A DNA stretch of 64,000 nucleotides from an uncultured candidatus Porisulfidus sp. (GTDB lineage: Bacteria; Pseudomonadota; Gammaproteobacteria; Poriferisulfidales; Oxydemutatoraceae), in NCBI GenBank assembly GCA_965215125.1, contig OZ244052.1:416001-480000 (forward strand). The letters run 5' to 3'. Shown in pieces: positions 55,030 to 64,000 of this stretch (positions are counted from its first letter, which is position 1; each line of letters starts with the position of its first letter). Both the position numbers and the translations under genes were made by a program. The notes under the pieces are model-generated. The model was not told the origin of the DNA. It worked only from the letters and a program-made list of their open reading frames with translations, and made no database searches.

Positions 55030-58000
55030 TATCGGATTCGCTTTCTAAGATAGTTCTTTAGATCTTCGGTTATCATGTACAGGCACGGCAGCACGGTGAG
55101 TATCAGCACCGTCGCAAAAACCAGCCCGAAACCCAAACTGATTGCCATCGGCGATAGAAATTTGGTTTGACCGGTGGCGAAGAAAATCAGCGGCGATACA
55201 CCCAAGAAGGTCGTAATCGTAGTCAATATGATCGGGCGCGCTCGCCGGTAGCACGCAGAAACCACCGCTTCCTCACAGCTATAGCCTTGCTCGCGACGTT
55301 TTTTGACCTGATTCAACATAATCAAAGAATCGTTGACGATAATCCCGCTGAGTGCGACCAATCCAACTACAGACACGAATTGCAAATTATAGCCGAGTAG
55401 CGCATGTCCAATAATCACACCGATGAAACCGAACGGTACGGTGAGCAAAATAAGTACCGGTTCTCGCAAAGTCCGGAATAGTACCAGCAGGATTAAAAAT
55501 ATTCCCATAACGGCAACTATACCGGCAACCCGAATGCCTCTGAACGAATCGTCGGCGCGTTTTTTCGCTCCTCTAAAGACCATATCGTATTCGGGAAGCT
55601 GTTCGTATAGCGGTCCGAATTGGCGTGCGATCTGGCCGTATACTTGAAACGGGGTAAGCTCCTCGCTGTCTACTTCGCCGGTAATCGTAACGATGCGACG
55701 ACCGTCGAGGCGGGTCAAGCGGTTAAAACTACGGTCTAGCTTGATCGTTGCCACTTCGTTGAGGTAGACCACTCTGCCGTCGGATAAAGTCAGCGGTAAC
55801 TGCATCAGACGATTGCTATCGTTGCGTATCTCTTCGTCGAAGATAACTCGTACCGGATAGCGTTCGTCACCCCAGTTGACATAGACCGCTTTCACACCCA
55901 AATAACCGGTGCGTAGTGCATCGGCAACTTGTTTTTGGGTAAGCCCCAAGCGTTGCCCGCGTTCGTTCAACTGATAGCGCACTTCCAGCTTGCCTCTATC
56001 CATATCGTGCTGCAGATCGTAGACACCGGCGATGCCGCGCAAATAATCTATCAATTCTTCCGCGCGATCTTCCAATCTCTCCAGGTCGGAACCGGCAATG
56101 CTAACCTCAATATCCGCCCCCGTCGGACCGGCTTCCGGACGCACTATAGAAAAACGCTTGACACCGGACATACTCGATACCCGTTCGCGTATTAACCCGA
56201 TAATCTCCTCCACATTGCGTTTGCGAGAACCCTGCTCGTCGAACTTGAAACTCACCAACGGCACGATAAAACGCTCGACAAAAGTTTGTGGTTCTTGCTT
56301 AGTCAGCGATACCACGAACTGACAGTAGTTGTCTCCGACTTTGGATTGCCTGCTACCACCGCGTCCACTCAATAACACGCCGATATTGCTCAGCATGGTT
56401 TTCAATTCGTATTCGTGTCCGTCGAACACCGCGTAGATCTCTTTTTCGGCGCGCGTCGCCAAAGCCTCGGTTTCTTCTATGCTGTAATTGCTGGGGGCTT
56501 CTATGTTGACGAAAAACTCGTCTACCTCGATGTGACCGAATAGTTGAAAAGGAATACGCGTTGTCAGAATAATAAGTGCCAACATCAATACACAGCTCGC
56601 CGCAACGAAAACAAAATATCTGTTATACAGGCCCCAGCGTAGATAGCGTTCGTAGGGTGCCAGTAACTTTTTCCAGTTCACGAAACCCTGCTTATCGTCC
56701 GCCGACGGTAACATACCCGCTCCCACCGCAGCGGCACCTACCGAAAGACTTTTGAGACGAGTTCGCGCTTTTAAGAATAAATTGGCATGCGAAGGCAACA
56801 CAAAAAAGGCTTCCAACAAAGAGCCCAGCAGCGCAGCACTGACTACAACCGGAATAACCTTGACGAACTCTCCCATCCTGCCGCCGATGGCAAGTAAAGG
56901 TAGAAAAGCAATGACGGTAGTCAAAGTCGCGGCAATGACCGGTGCGACAATCTCGCGCGTCCCGCGTAAAGCCGCCTGTCTAACCGGCATACCTTCCTCT
57001 ACATAGTGATGGATATTTTCGGTCACAATAATGGCATCGTCGACTATCATTCCCAACGCAATCAAAAAGGCGAACAAAGACACCATGTTGATAGTGAAAC
57101 CCAAATAATAAATGCTGACCACGGCGACCAAAAAAGAAATAGGAATGCCGAAAGCGGTAATCAACGCAACCCTGAAATTCAATAAAAAATAAAGCGATGC
57201 AAGCAATAACACCAGACCGATCAGTCCGGACGAGAAAACGGTCTTCAACCGGGTGTCTATATAAACCGAAAAATCGTTATGATAACCGACTTGTATTGCC
57301 GCCGGGAGCAGGGCCGGTATCTCTTCCTTTATCAACCTTCTAACTTCTTTTGCTATATCGTTCGTAGACGCTCTCACATCTTTGGTTATAACCAAGTTCA
57401 ATGACTGCAAACCCGAAAATCGCCCTTGCGTTTGGACAGTTTCAAGTGTCATTTCCACATCGGCAATATCGCCTACTCGTAATTGACCGCCGTCTCTATT
57501 GGTTCTGATAGCGATATCCTTAACCGCCTGCACATTATCGGCAACACTCATTCCGCGCAGTTGTATATCGCCCTCTAATGCCGACAAAGAACCGCCCGGA
57601 CGATCTCCTAGATTCGCCGCCAACGCATTGCGAATTTCTTCCAGAGAGACCTCTTTTGCGGCGATTTCATAGGGGTCTACAACCACCCAAACTTCGGTGT
57701 CGCGCTCGCCGGCGATATTTACCCCGCCGACCCCTTCGATTTTCTGTATCGCTTGCTTGACTATCTCGCTGGCACGGATGAGCTCGGCTTCGTCGACATC
57801 GCCGTAGACACTCACACTGATAACCGGAAAATTACTCTTACGACGAGAGATACGCGGCTTTTCTATATCGCCGGGCAGGTCTTCTATCGAGTCAACTTCT
57901 ATTTCCACATTGCGCACTACTTCCTCTACATCGACGCCCGGTTTGAGGTCCAAATAAATGCGGGAAATTCCCTCTAGACTTACAGACTGCAATTCGTCTA

Positions 58001-58223
58001 TCTCGCTGATATCGTCGACCTCGTCTTCTATCGGGATAGTCAGCTGACGCTCGACTTCAACCGGCGGTGCTCCTTCGTACTCGGTCTCTATAGAAATCGT
58101 ATCCGACTCGATTACCGGGAACATTTCCTGCGGCATCGCCCGCCACGACAAAATACCGACGACTACAATCGTCAGCAGTAGAAAATTAGTAATTATGGGA
58201 TTTTTAACAAAGTACTCAACCAT
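55029..58223 (-). CDS. RND efflux transporter (AcrB/AcrD/AcrF family)
   Basis: 1064 aa; GMIVDDAIIVTENI, LSGIIVNDSL, RARPIILTT; 12-TM RND layout. Confidence 0.93.
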   Translation of the reverse strand: MVEYFVKNPIITNFLLLTIVVVGILSWRAMPQEMFPVIESDTISIETEYEGAPPVEVERQLTIPIEDEVDDISEIDELQSVSLEGISRIYLDLKPGVDVEEVVRNVEIEVDSIEDLPGDIEKPRISRRKSNFPVISVSVYGDVDEAELIRASEIVKQAIQKIEGVGGVNIAGERDTEVWVVVDPYEIAAKEVSLEEIRNALAANLGDRPGGSLSALEGDIQLRGMSVADNVQAVKDIAIRTNRDGGQLRVGDIADVEMTLETVQTQGRFSGLQSLNLVITKDVRASTNDIAKEVRRLIKEEIPALLPAAIQVGYHNDFSVYIDTRLKTVFSSGLIGLVLLLASLYFLLNFRVALITAFGIPISFLVAVVSIYYLGFTINMVSLFAFLIALGMIVDDAIIVTENIHHYVEEGMPVRQAALRGTREIVAPVIAATLTTVIAFLPLLAIGGRMGEFVKVIPVVVSAALLGSLLEAFFVLPSHANLFLKARTRLKSLSVGAAAVGAGMLPSADDKQGFVNWKKLLAPYERYLRWGLYNRYFVFVAASCVLMLALIILTTRIPFQLFGHIEVDEFFVNIEAPSNYSIEETEALATRAEKEIYAVFDGHEYELKTMLSNIGVLLSGRGGSRQSKVGDNYCQFVVSLTKQEPQTFVERFIVPLVSFKFDEQGSRKRNVEEIIGLIRERVSSMSGVKRFSIVRPEAGPTGADIEVSIAGSDLERLEDRAEELIDYLRGIAGVYDLQHDMDRGKLEVRYQLNERGQRLGLTQKQVADALRTGYLGVKAVYVNWGDERYPVRVIFDEEIRNDSNRLMQLPLTLSDGRVVYLNEVATIKLDRSFNRLTRLDGRRIVTITGEVDSEELTPFQVYGQIARQFGPLYEQLPEYDMVFRGAKKRADDSFRGIRVAGIVAVMGIFLILLVLFRTLREPVLILLTVPFGFIGVIIGHALLGYNLQFVSVVGLVALSGIIVNDSLIMLNQVKKRREQGYSCEEAVVSACYRRARPIILTTITTFLGVSPLIFFATGQTKFLSPMAISLGFGLVFATVLILTVLPCLYMITEDLKNYLRKRIR

Positions 58224-58257
58224 AGCAATATCTATTCCATAAGATTATAAATGAGAA

Positions 58258-59118
58258 CTATTGTATACCCAAACTATGCGGTTTTGGATAGATTGCCTGC
58301 AAATCGTCGCACCGAATCTGGAATTCCCGCTCATTGCCACCGTCAAGACGATACGCAGTCAGGCAACCGCCCCAGACACATCCGGAATCGAGTGCGATAT
58401 AAGACTTCATTCGTCGATATCCGAGTGCCGCCCAGTGCCCGAATAACACCGTATAATCGGGGTCGCGCTCGTGCGCAAGCGTATACCACGGATACAGTCC
58501 GAGAGGATGTTCACCCGGCGAAGTCTTGGCTTGAAAATCCATACGCCCCCGAGCATCGCAAAAACGAATACCGGTCATTGCATTGACGGTGATCGCCGAA
58601 CGCTCGATACCTTGCAGATGGTCTTCCCACAACGCAGGGGTGTTTTTTTGGTCGAGTAGCTGCGCCAGAAAAATTTTTCGGTCGGGACTTTGTAATTGTC
58701 GGCAGACATGTTCCGCCAATTCTACCGCCAATGCTATATCCCATTGTGGTAACAAACCGGCATGGACGAGTATCAGTTTTCTTTGATGATCAACCCTCAA
58801 TAACGGTTGCCGTGCGACCCATTCCAATAAAAGGTCGGCATCGGGTGCATCGAGTACCGCATCGAGCGTGCTTTGCGATGCCTCTATTAAACCGTCTGCG
58901 AGTTTGAGCAAATGCAACTCGTGATTGCCGAGTACCCATTTTGCGTTATTTCCCAAGCTCCTGACAAAATTCAGCGTCTCTAAAGACTGCGGACCTCGGT
59001 TGACAATATCGCCGGCGAACCATAACTCGTCTTCGGCAGGGTCGTAGTTGATATGGTCGAGCAGACGGCATAACGCGTCATAACATCCCTGCACATCACC
59101 GATCGCGTATAAACTCAT
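58258..59118 (-). CDS. apaH: Symmetrical bis(5'-nucleosyl)-tetraphosphatase
   Basis: IGDVQGC, GDIVNRGP, LGNHE, HAG, FGHWAALG, LDSGCVWGG. Confidence 0.95.
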   Translation of the reverse strand: MSLYAIGDVQGCYDALCRLLDHINYDPAEDELWFAGDIVNRGPQSLETLNFVRSLGNNAKWVLGNHELHLLKLADGLIEASQSTLDAVLDAPDADLLLEWVARQPLLRVDHQRKLILVHAGLLPQWDIALAVELAEHVCRQLQSPDRKIFLAQLLDQKNTPALWEDHLQGIERSAITVNAMTGIRFCDARGRMDFQAKTSPGEHPLGLYPWYTLAHERDPDYTVLFGHWAALGYRRMKSYIALDSGCVWGGCLTAYRLDGGNEREFQIRCDDLQAIYPKPHSLGIQ

Positions 59119-59135
59119 CGGGTTTTAGTCTGTGT

Positions 59136-59300
59136 CATTCCCTTCCTCCGGCGTAGTGGCTTGTGGGGGCTGACGAGGTGGTTGTGGCATGGGGTTGTTG
59201 AAAAAGTATCCACGAACCTGAGGGGCGGTACATTCCCCTCCTTTGGAGGGGTGGCAGGCGTAGCCTGACGGGGTGGTTGTGGCATGTCTGCACAATGTAA
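59136..59300 (-). repeat. Composite repeat cluster (family A) between apaG and apaH
   Basis: cattcccctcctttggaggggtggcaggcgtagcctgacggggtggttgtggcatgtctgc; ggggttgttgaaaaag. Confidence 0.85.
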
Positions 59301-59331
59301 CGACGATCAACCTGCCGGCACACTCGGCGGT

Positions 59332-59709
59332 TCAATGTATGGTGCGCGGTGCCGACAGTAAAAATTCTTTTATTTCGGCCTCAAACTCCGAACCGTCTTC
59401 GGCGAGCATCTTATAGCTTCCGCGCATCGTTCCGAACGGTGTTTCCAATACCGTCCCGCTGGTATAAGAAAAACGAGTACCCGGATGTAAATAAGGCTGT
59501 TCTCCGACTACCCCTTCACCTTTAACTTCTTGCACTTTCTGGTTTGAATCGGTAATGACCCAATGCCTAGAAATCAACTGAGCCGAGATATCTCCTTTGT
59601 TTTCAATCGTCACCGTATATACGAAAACATATCGGTCTTCCGAAGAGTCGGATTGCTCTTCTAAGTACTGTGTTTCTACATTAATTTCTATGTCTTTACC
59701 GGGTGGCAT
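59332..59709 (-). CDS. apaG: ApaG protein
   Basis: YVFVYTVTIEN, QLISRHWVITD, GEGVVGEQP, YTSG, GTMRGSY. Confidence 0.95.
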   Translation of the reverse strand: MPPGKDIEINVETQYLEEQSDSSEDRYVFVYTVTIENKGDISAQLISRHWVITDSNQKVQEVKGEGVVGEQPYLHPGTRFSYTSGTVLETPFGTMRGSYKMLAEDGSEFEAEIKEFLLSAPRTIH

Positions 59710-59710
59710 A

Positions 59711-60490
59711 CTATTTCCTTCGTTTGTGTAGATATTCTAACATGTTTATAAATTGATCAATCTCTAAACTGTCGGCACGGCAATCGGGATCTATTCCTAA
59801 ATATTCCAATTCCTCTTTGGCAAATAGTTCGGACAACGCATTTGCTAAGGTTTTACGCCTACCGGCAAATGCAAGCTGCACAATGCTATCGAGTTCTTTT
59901 AAGGCTGATTGTGAAAGCCTGGGTTGTGGCTTAAAACGAACAAGGGTGGATACGACTTTGGGGGACGGCACAAAGGCTTGCGGCGAAACATCGAAAAGCG
60001 CGTCTATCTCAAAACAACATCTCGCTACGATCCCCAATCTACCGTATTGTTTATCGGTGGACGATGCAGTTAATCTTTGAACAACCTCGCGTTGCAACAT
60101 CAAGTGCATATCAATAATATAATCTTGAAACGAGGCAAGATGAAAAATCAATGCGGTCGATATATTGTACGGAAGATTACCGATAAAACGCGCCGGCTGT
60201 TTCTCTAAAAGTTCTGCAAAATCCACTTTGAGCGCATCGGCGCGATGTACTCGTAGTTTCGGATATCGCAGCGTTTTTAATTCTAAATCACCTGCCAGAT
60301 CGCGATCTATTTCAACCCCGTGTATCAGAGAGACTCTATCGTGCAAAGGATAGGTCAAAGCACCTTCACCGGGACCTATTTCCACAATCGTGTCGTCGGG
60401 CTCGGGGGAGATCGCAAAAACTATGCGAGAAATAATATTAGGGTTGCATAAGAAATGCTGCCCGAAACGTTTACGAGGATACCGTGCCAT
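59711..60490 (-). CDS. rsmA: 16S rRNA m6,2A1518/1519 dimethyltransferase
   Basis: RKRFGQHFL, VEIGPGEG, EIDRDL, GNLPYNIST, FVPSPKV. Confidence 0.96.
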   Translation of the reverse strand: MARYPRKRFGQHFLCNPNIISRIVFAISPEPDDTIVEIGPGEGALTYPLHDRVSLIHGVEIDRDLAGDLELKTLRYPKLRVHRADALKVDFAELLEKQPARFIGNLPYNISTALIFHLASFQDYIIDMHLMLQREVVQRLTASSTDKQYGRLGIVARCCFEIDALFDVSPQAFVPSPKVVSTLVRFKPQPRLSQSALKELDSIVQLAFAGRRKTLANALSELFAKEELEYLGIDPDCRADSLEIDQFINMLEYLHKRRK

Positions 60491-60557
60491 AATCCATTCA
60501 ATTTAGTCTGATTTATCAATGCAGGCTTTATTGTATAGGAAGAAAAAATTACATCCG

Positions 60558-60566
60558 TGCTATAAT
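60558..60566 (+). promoter_or_regulatory. Extended -10 promoter element of ssrA
   Basis: TGCTATAAT lies 11 nt upstream of the mature tmRNA 5' end. Confidence 0.6.
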
Positions 60567-60577
60567 TCTCGCTTTAC

Positions 60578-60935
60578 GGGGGCGATCTTGGTTTCGACGG
60601 ATATTATGAAACTTGAGGTGCATGTCGAGCAGGTAAGAAACTCGTTAAACTTTTTGCAGAAAATTAGTTGCCAATCAAGAAGACAACTACGCATTAGCGG
60701 CCTAAACAACCGGCTATGCCTCCTCTCTTGAGGTGCTTGTAACTTAAGCAGAGGGGTCGATCAACAAGCTCGCGTGCGAATAGACTCGAAGTTCAAGCGT
60801 TAAATCTTCATTCGGGGAAGCCGACTACTCAGCCTGTTCGCCGGCCGTAGACGGTGTGATTAAAGACGAACTAAACATGTAGTACCGAGAGCGGAATATA
60901 TGCGGACGCGGGTTCAATTCCCGCCGCCTCCACCA
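60578..60935 (+). ncRNA. ssrA: tmRNA; tag peptide (A)ANQEDNYALAA
   Basis: 5' GGGGGCG..GGTTTCGAC; 3' T-arm GCGGGTTCAATTCCCGC plus CGCCTCCACCA with the G-U pair at position 3; tag ORF at 60670-60705. Confidence 0.96.
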
Positions 60936-60957
60936 CCGAATAAACATTACCGGGTTG

Positions 60958-61014
60958 AGCTACCCCGTGGCTACGCCTGCCACCCCTCCGAAGGAAGGAA
61001 TGGTTCGTCCCTAC
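60958..61014 (+). repeat. Family A repeat plus GTAG half-REP downstream of ssrA
   Basis: accccgtggctacgcctgccacccctccgaaggaaggaatggttcgtccctac. Confidence 0.75.
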
Positions 61015-61859
61015 CGGTCGGGGGGTAGCGATAGTTGCATCAATACTGCCGAAAACTCTCGCCAAAGATCGCCCGGTGTACCGTTTCCTATTTGTTGTTC
61101 GTCGACACGGGTCACCGGTACTATATTGCGCGTCGAACTCGTCAGCCAAATCTCGTCGGCATGTAGCAAGTCGGCACGAGTTAGTGCTTTTTCTTTACAG
61201 TCGACTTTTAACCGAAAGGCTATTTCCATGACAACCTTGCGGGTAATCCCTCCCAATATCTTGTTATCGAGCGGCGGCGTCGATAAGCAACCCTCGGTCA
61301 CGATGAATAGGTTGCTCGAGGCACCCTCGGTCACATAACCTTCGTGTATCATAATCGCCTCGTGGCATCCTCGGCTTCGGGTTTGCATGCTTAGCATCAC
61401 ATTTGCCAATAAATTGGTAGATTTGATATCACAACGGGCCCACCGTATATCGTCGGTGGTCATAACACTTACACCGTGTTTGACCTTCTTTTCAAAAGCC
61501 GCCCTTGCCGGCATGGTCATTGCAAATACCGTAGGACGGATGTCGTCGTCGGGAACATGCAATCTAATCGGTGCCTGCCCTCTGCTGACTTGTAAGTAAA
61601 TGGAAAGTTCGGACAATCCACAACGGTTAATTAACTCGGAAAATATCGTTTTCCATTGTTCATCGGTCCGAGGATTATCTATACCTATATTTTGCAGGCT
61701 ACGATTGAGCCTACGCAGATGGTCGTCGCAACGAAAAACGGTACCGTGATATACCGGCAATACCTCGTACACACCGTCTCCGAAGAGGAACCCTCTATCC
61801 AAAGGGCTGATAGTACACGCTTCGGCTTGTTGATACTTTCCGTTGAGATAAGCTATCAC
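61011..61859 (-). CDS. dat: D-amino-acid aminotransferase (class IV PLP enzyme)
   Basis: DRGFLFGDGVYE, RWARCDIKSTNLL, TEGASSN, ILGGITR; typical position after dacA. Confidence 0.85.
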   Translation of the reverse strand: MIAYLNGKYQQAEACTISPLDRGFLFGDGVYEVLPVYHGTVFRCDDHLRRLNRSLQNIGIDNPRTDEQWKTIFSELINRCGLSELSIYLQVSRGQAPIRLHVPDDDIRPTVFAMTMPARAAFEKKVKHGVSVMTTDDIRWARCDIKSTNLLANVMLSMQTRSRGCHEAIMIHEGYVTEGASSNLFIVTEGCLSTPPLDNKILGGITRKVVMEIAFRLKVDCKEKALTRADLLHADEIWLTSSTRNIVPVTRVDEQQIGNGTPGDLWREFSAVLMQLSLPPDR

Positions 61860-63007
61860 TGAAATAGATGGATAACGCTATCCGATATACGTGCCCACAA
61901 ACTACCTTCGGCGATATGGTATAAAGAAACCAATGTGCTTTGTTGGATCGTCTTACCGTCGAAAAATACCGCAACCGAACCCAGTCTCTGACCTTTTTGA
62001 ACCGGTGCGATAATATCCTCATAAACCATGAGTTCGGTTTTGACATCGGTATTTTTAGTGCGCGGCAATGTGACATAGATGTCTGCAGGCACACCCAGTT
62101 CCAGTTGCTTTCGGTCACCTCCCCAAACCCGTACTTCGGTCAACGCTTTCTGCTTGTCGAATAACCTTGAAGTTTTATAAAAACGATAACCGTAGCGCAA
62201 TAATTCACTCGCTTCGTCAAAACGCTTTTGTCGACCGCTTCCCATAATCACCGCGATCAAACGCATGCCGTCTTGTTGAGAAGAAACAGCTACACAATAA
62301 CCGGCTTTCTCGGTATATCCTGTCTTCAAACCGTCGACATTCATATTGCGCCACAATAATAAATTGCGGTTGGGTTGTCGTATATCGTTGTAGGTATAAT
62401 CGGGTTCGGAATACATAGCATAGTGTTCGGGATAATCTCGTATCAGAGCTTGGCTTAAAACAGCGATATCGCGCGAGCTCATATAATGGTTATCATCGGA
62501 AAGTCCGGTGGAATTAGTAAAATGAGATTCACTCAAACCAAGCTCCTGCGCCTTTTTATTCATCAAATCGGCAAATACCTCTTCGCTGCCCGCCACGTGC
62601 TCCGCCAAAGCAACGCTGGCATCGTTACCGGATTGTATAACCACGCCGGAGAGTAAATCGTGAACCGAAATCAAACTGCCTACTTCTATAAACATTCTGG
62701 AGCCTCCTAAAGCACTTGCCGTTCTACTGATCTTAACTTGGTCGTCTATATTAATCAGGCCGTTTTCTATCGCTTGATATACGATATAGGCAGTCATTAG
62801 TTTGGTTATACTGGCGGGGTCTATCCTTTGATCCGCATTTTTTTCCGCTAAAACTTTATTGCTATGGAAATCCATCAATATATAATTACGCGCCGCTAAA
62901 ACGGGTGCTTTGGGCACCCATTCAACGGCGTACGAAAGCGATGATCCCAGTATGGCTACAAAAAATAGTAAAATCGGGCTTATATTTTGAATGAATAATT
63001 TTCTCAT
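61856..63007 (-). CDS. dacA: D-alanyl-D-alanine carboxypeptidase (PBP5/6)
   Basis: PASITK (SxxK), SGN, KTG motifs; PBP5 C-terminal domain. Confidence 0.92.
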   Translation of the reverse strand: MRKLFIQNISPILLFFVAILGSSLSYAVEWVPKAPVLAARNYILMDFHSNKVLAEKNADQRIDPASITKLMTAYIVYQAIENGLINIDDQVKISRTASALGGSRMFIEVGSLISVHDLLSGVVIQSGNDASVALAEHVAGSEEVFADLMNKKAQELGLSESHFTNSTGLSDDNHYMSSRDIAVLSQALIRDYPEHYAMYSEPDYTYNDIRQPNRNLLLWRNMNVDGLKTGYTEKAGYCVAVSSQQDGMRLIAVIMGSGRQKRFDEASELLRYGYRFYKTSRLFDKQKALTEVRVWGGDRKQLELGVPADIYVTLPRTKNTDVKTELMVYEDIIAPVQKGQRLGSVAVFFDGKTIQQSTLVSLYHIAEGSLWARISDSVIHLFQ

Positions 63008-63009
63008 CC

Positions 63010-63828
63010 TTAAAACTTATGAAACACTTGATAATCCATAAAACCGCTGCGGACCAGTAATTTACCGACCGCATCCAATTCCTGCCGGGTATTAAAAGGC
63101 CCCAGACGTACATAGTGGATGTCGGTTGTACCGCGATAACTCGTTCGTCCGAGACTAGGAACTAAATTCTGTTCTTTTAGCAAATGCATAACCCTGGATG
63201 CATTTTCTATCTCTTTATACGCACCTACTTGTATATAGCTGCGACGACGCTTGTTATCTAAGTTAGATACTTGGGTCTCGGGCTTAGAAACCGGCGCATC
63301 GATGACTTCTATGGTGACCGGTGCTAAGCCCACTTCGGTCATATCTATCTTTTTTGCTGCAGCGTAGGAAAGATCTACAATACGCCCTTCTACAAAGGGA
63401 CCGCGATCGTTGACCCTAACGGTTACACTCTTTCCGTTATTATGGTTCAAAACCTTTATGTACGAGGGCAACGGCAGGCTTTTATGCGCAGCCGTCATTT
63501 GATACATATCGTAGATTTCTTGATTAGCGGTTAAGCGGCCGTGAAATTTTTTTCCGTACCAAGAAGCCAATCCGGTTTCGCGATAACCTACAGCTACCGG
63601 TTTGACATAGTAACGCCGACCTTTGACCACATACGAATATTCACCGGTCTTCGGCGTTGTGTCGGGTACATACTTGAATTTCTTAAATTTCTTAGGCAAC
63701 GACATCGGAGTTTTCCATTGACCGACATCACTAATATTAGCAGCCGGAACAGTACACCCCGAGATAAGCATCAAGGCTATCGCAGTTATAACTATCGGAT
63801 AGAAACTGGAACGTGTTTTGCTGCGCAT
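63010..63828 (-). CDS. rlpA: Septal lytic transglycosylase lipoprotein RlpA (DPBB + SPOR)
   Basis: ISG|C lipobox, GLASWYG..FHGRLTA, TAAHKSLPL, VNDRGPF, IQVGAY SPOR domain; probable start at ATG 63828. Confidence 0.92.
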   Translation of the reverse strand: MRSKTRSSFYPIVITAIALMLISGCTVPAANISDVGQWKTPMSLPKKFKKFKYVPDTTPKTGEYSYVVKGRRYYVKPVAVGYRETGLASWYGKKFHGRLTANQEIYDMYQMTAAHKSLPLPSYIKVLNHNNGKSVTVRVNDRGPFVEGRIVDLSYAAAKKIDMTEVGLAPVTIEVIDAPVSKPETQVSNLDNKRRRSYIQVGAYKEIENASRVMHLLKEQNLVPSLGRTSYRGTTDIHYVRLGPFNTRQELDAVGKLLVRSGFMDYQVFHKF

Positions 63829-63847
63829 GGTTTTATCGAGCAGTAAT

Positions 63848-64000
63848 CTAATACTGTTGTTTAATAAGCTCACTCAGTTGATGAACTACCATTGCATAGC
63901 GATGGCTGTGGTTATATCTTGTAATGACATAAAAGTTATTATAACCCACCCAAACCTTAGGGACTAAACTTGCGTTTTCTTTTTCAAACTTAAACAGCGA
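63848..64000 (-). CDS. mltB: Lytic murein transglycosylase B, 3' end (runs off the right edge)
   Basis: Translates ...[34 protein letters not shown]; canonical mltB-rlpA-dacA order. Confidence 0.88.
   Translation of the reverse strand, partial: SLFKFEKENASLVPKVWVGYNNFYVITRYNHSHRYAMVVHQLSELIKQQY

Noticed and set aside
43936-59335. Small ORFs at 43936, 51110, 51158, 52401, 52448, 52626, 59125 and 59135 sharing peptides such as HPSEGG and PIDLxVQSAV
   Set aside because: They are translations of the palindromic repeats in differing frames and strands, without consistent starts or RBS.
60900-61014. Integrative element at the ssrA 3' end
   Set aside because: No integrase nearby, and I saw no duplicate of the tmRNA 3' end in the window; only a family A repeat follows.

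Overview
A proteobacterial (probably gammaproteobacterial) chromosomal window. Bases 1-23.6 kb hold two tandem paralogous giant secreted proteins built from GLUG beta-solenoid and cadherin-like modules: one complete (5758 aa) and one that runs off the left edge and is missing from the ORF track. Next come gloB, hfq and a 9-gene type IV pilus/T2SS-like cluster. A Mu-like prophage remnant follows (putative TG terminus, gpG-like gene, MuF with a C-terminal PBECR2-like nuclease domain, truncated portal). It carries a predicted ~102-nt convergent structured RNA directly after the MuF stop codon. An IS110 element is inserted in a GTAG-type REP, and its circle-junction promoter and bridge-RNA target and donor guides can be read from the sequence. 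The right half is mostly housekeeping: CPA2 antiporter, glpG, psd, rmuC, dksA with Lys-rich tandem repeats, nrdAB, a DnaA-box cluster, ctpA, yajL, ampG, xth, an RND pump, apaH/apaG/rsmA, tmRNA, dat, dacA, rlpA and mltB. It is interspersed with nested palindromic repeats and an internally deleted third member of the giant-protein family, which shares the C-terminal RVFxEG motif. All assignments come from reading the sequence and recognising motifs; no database searches or folding software were run.
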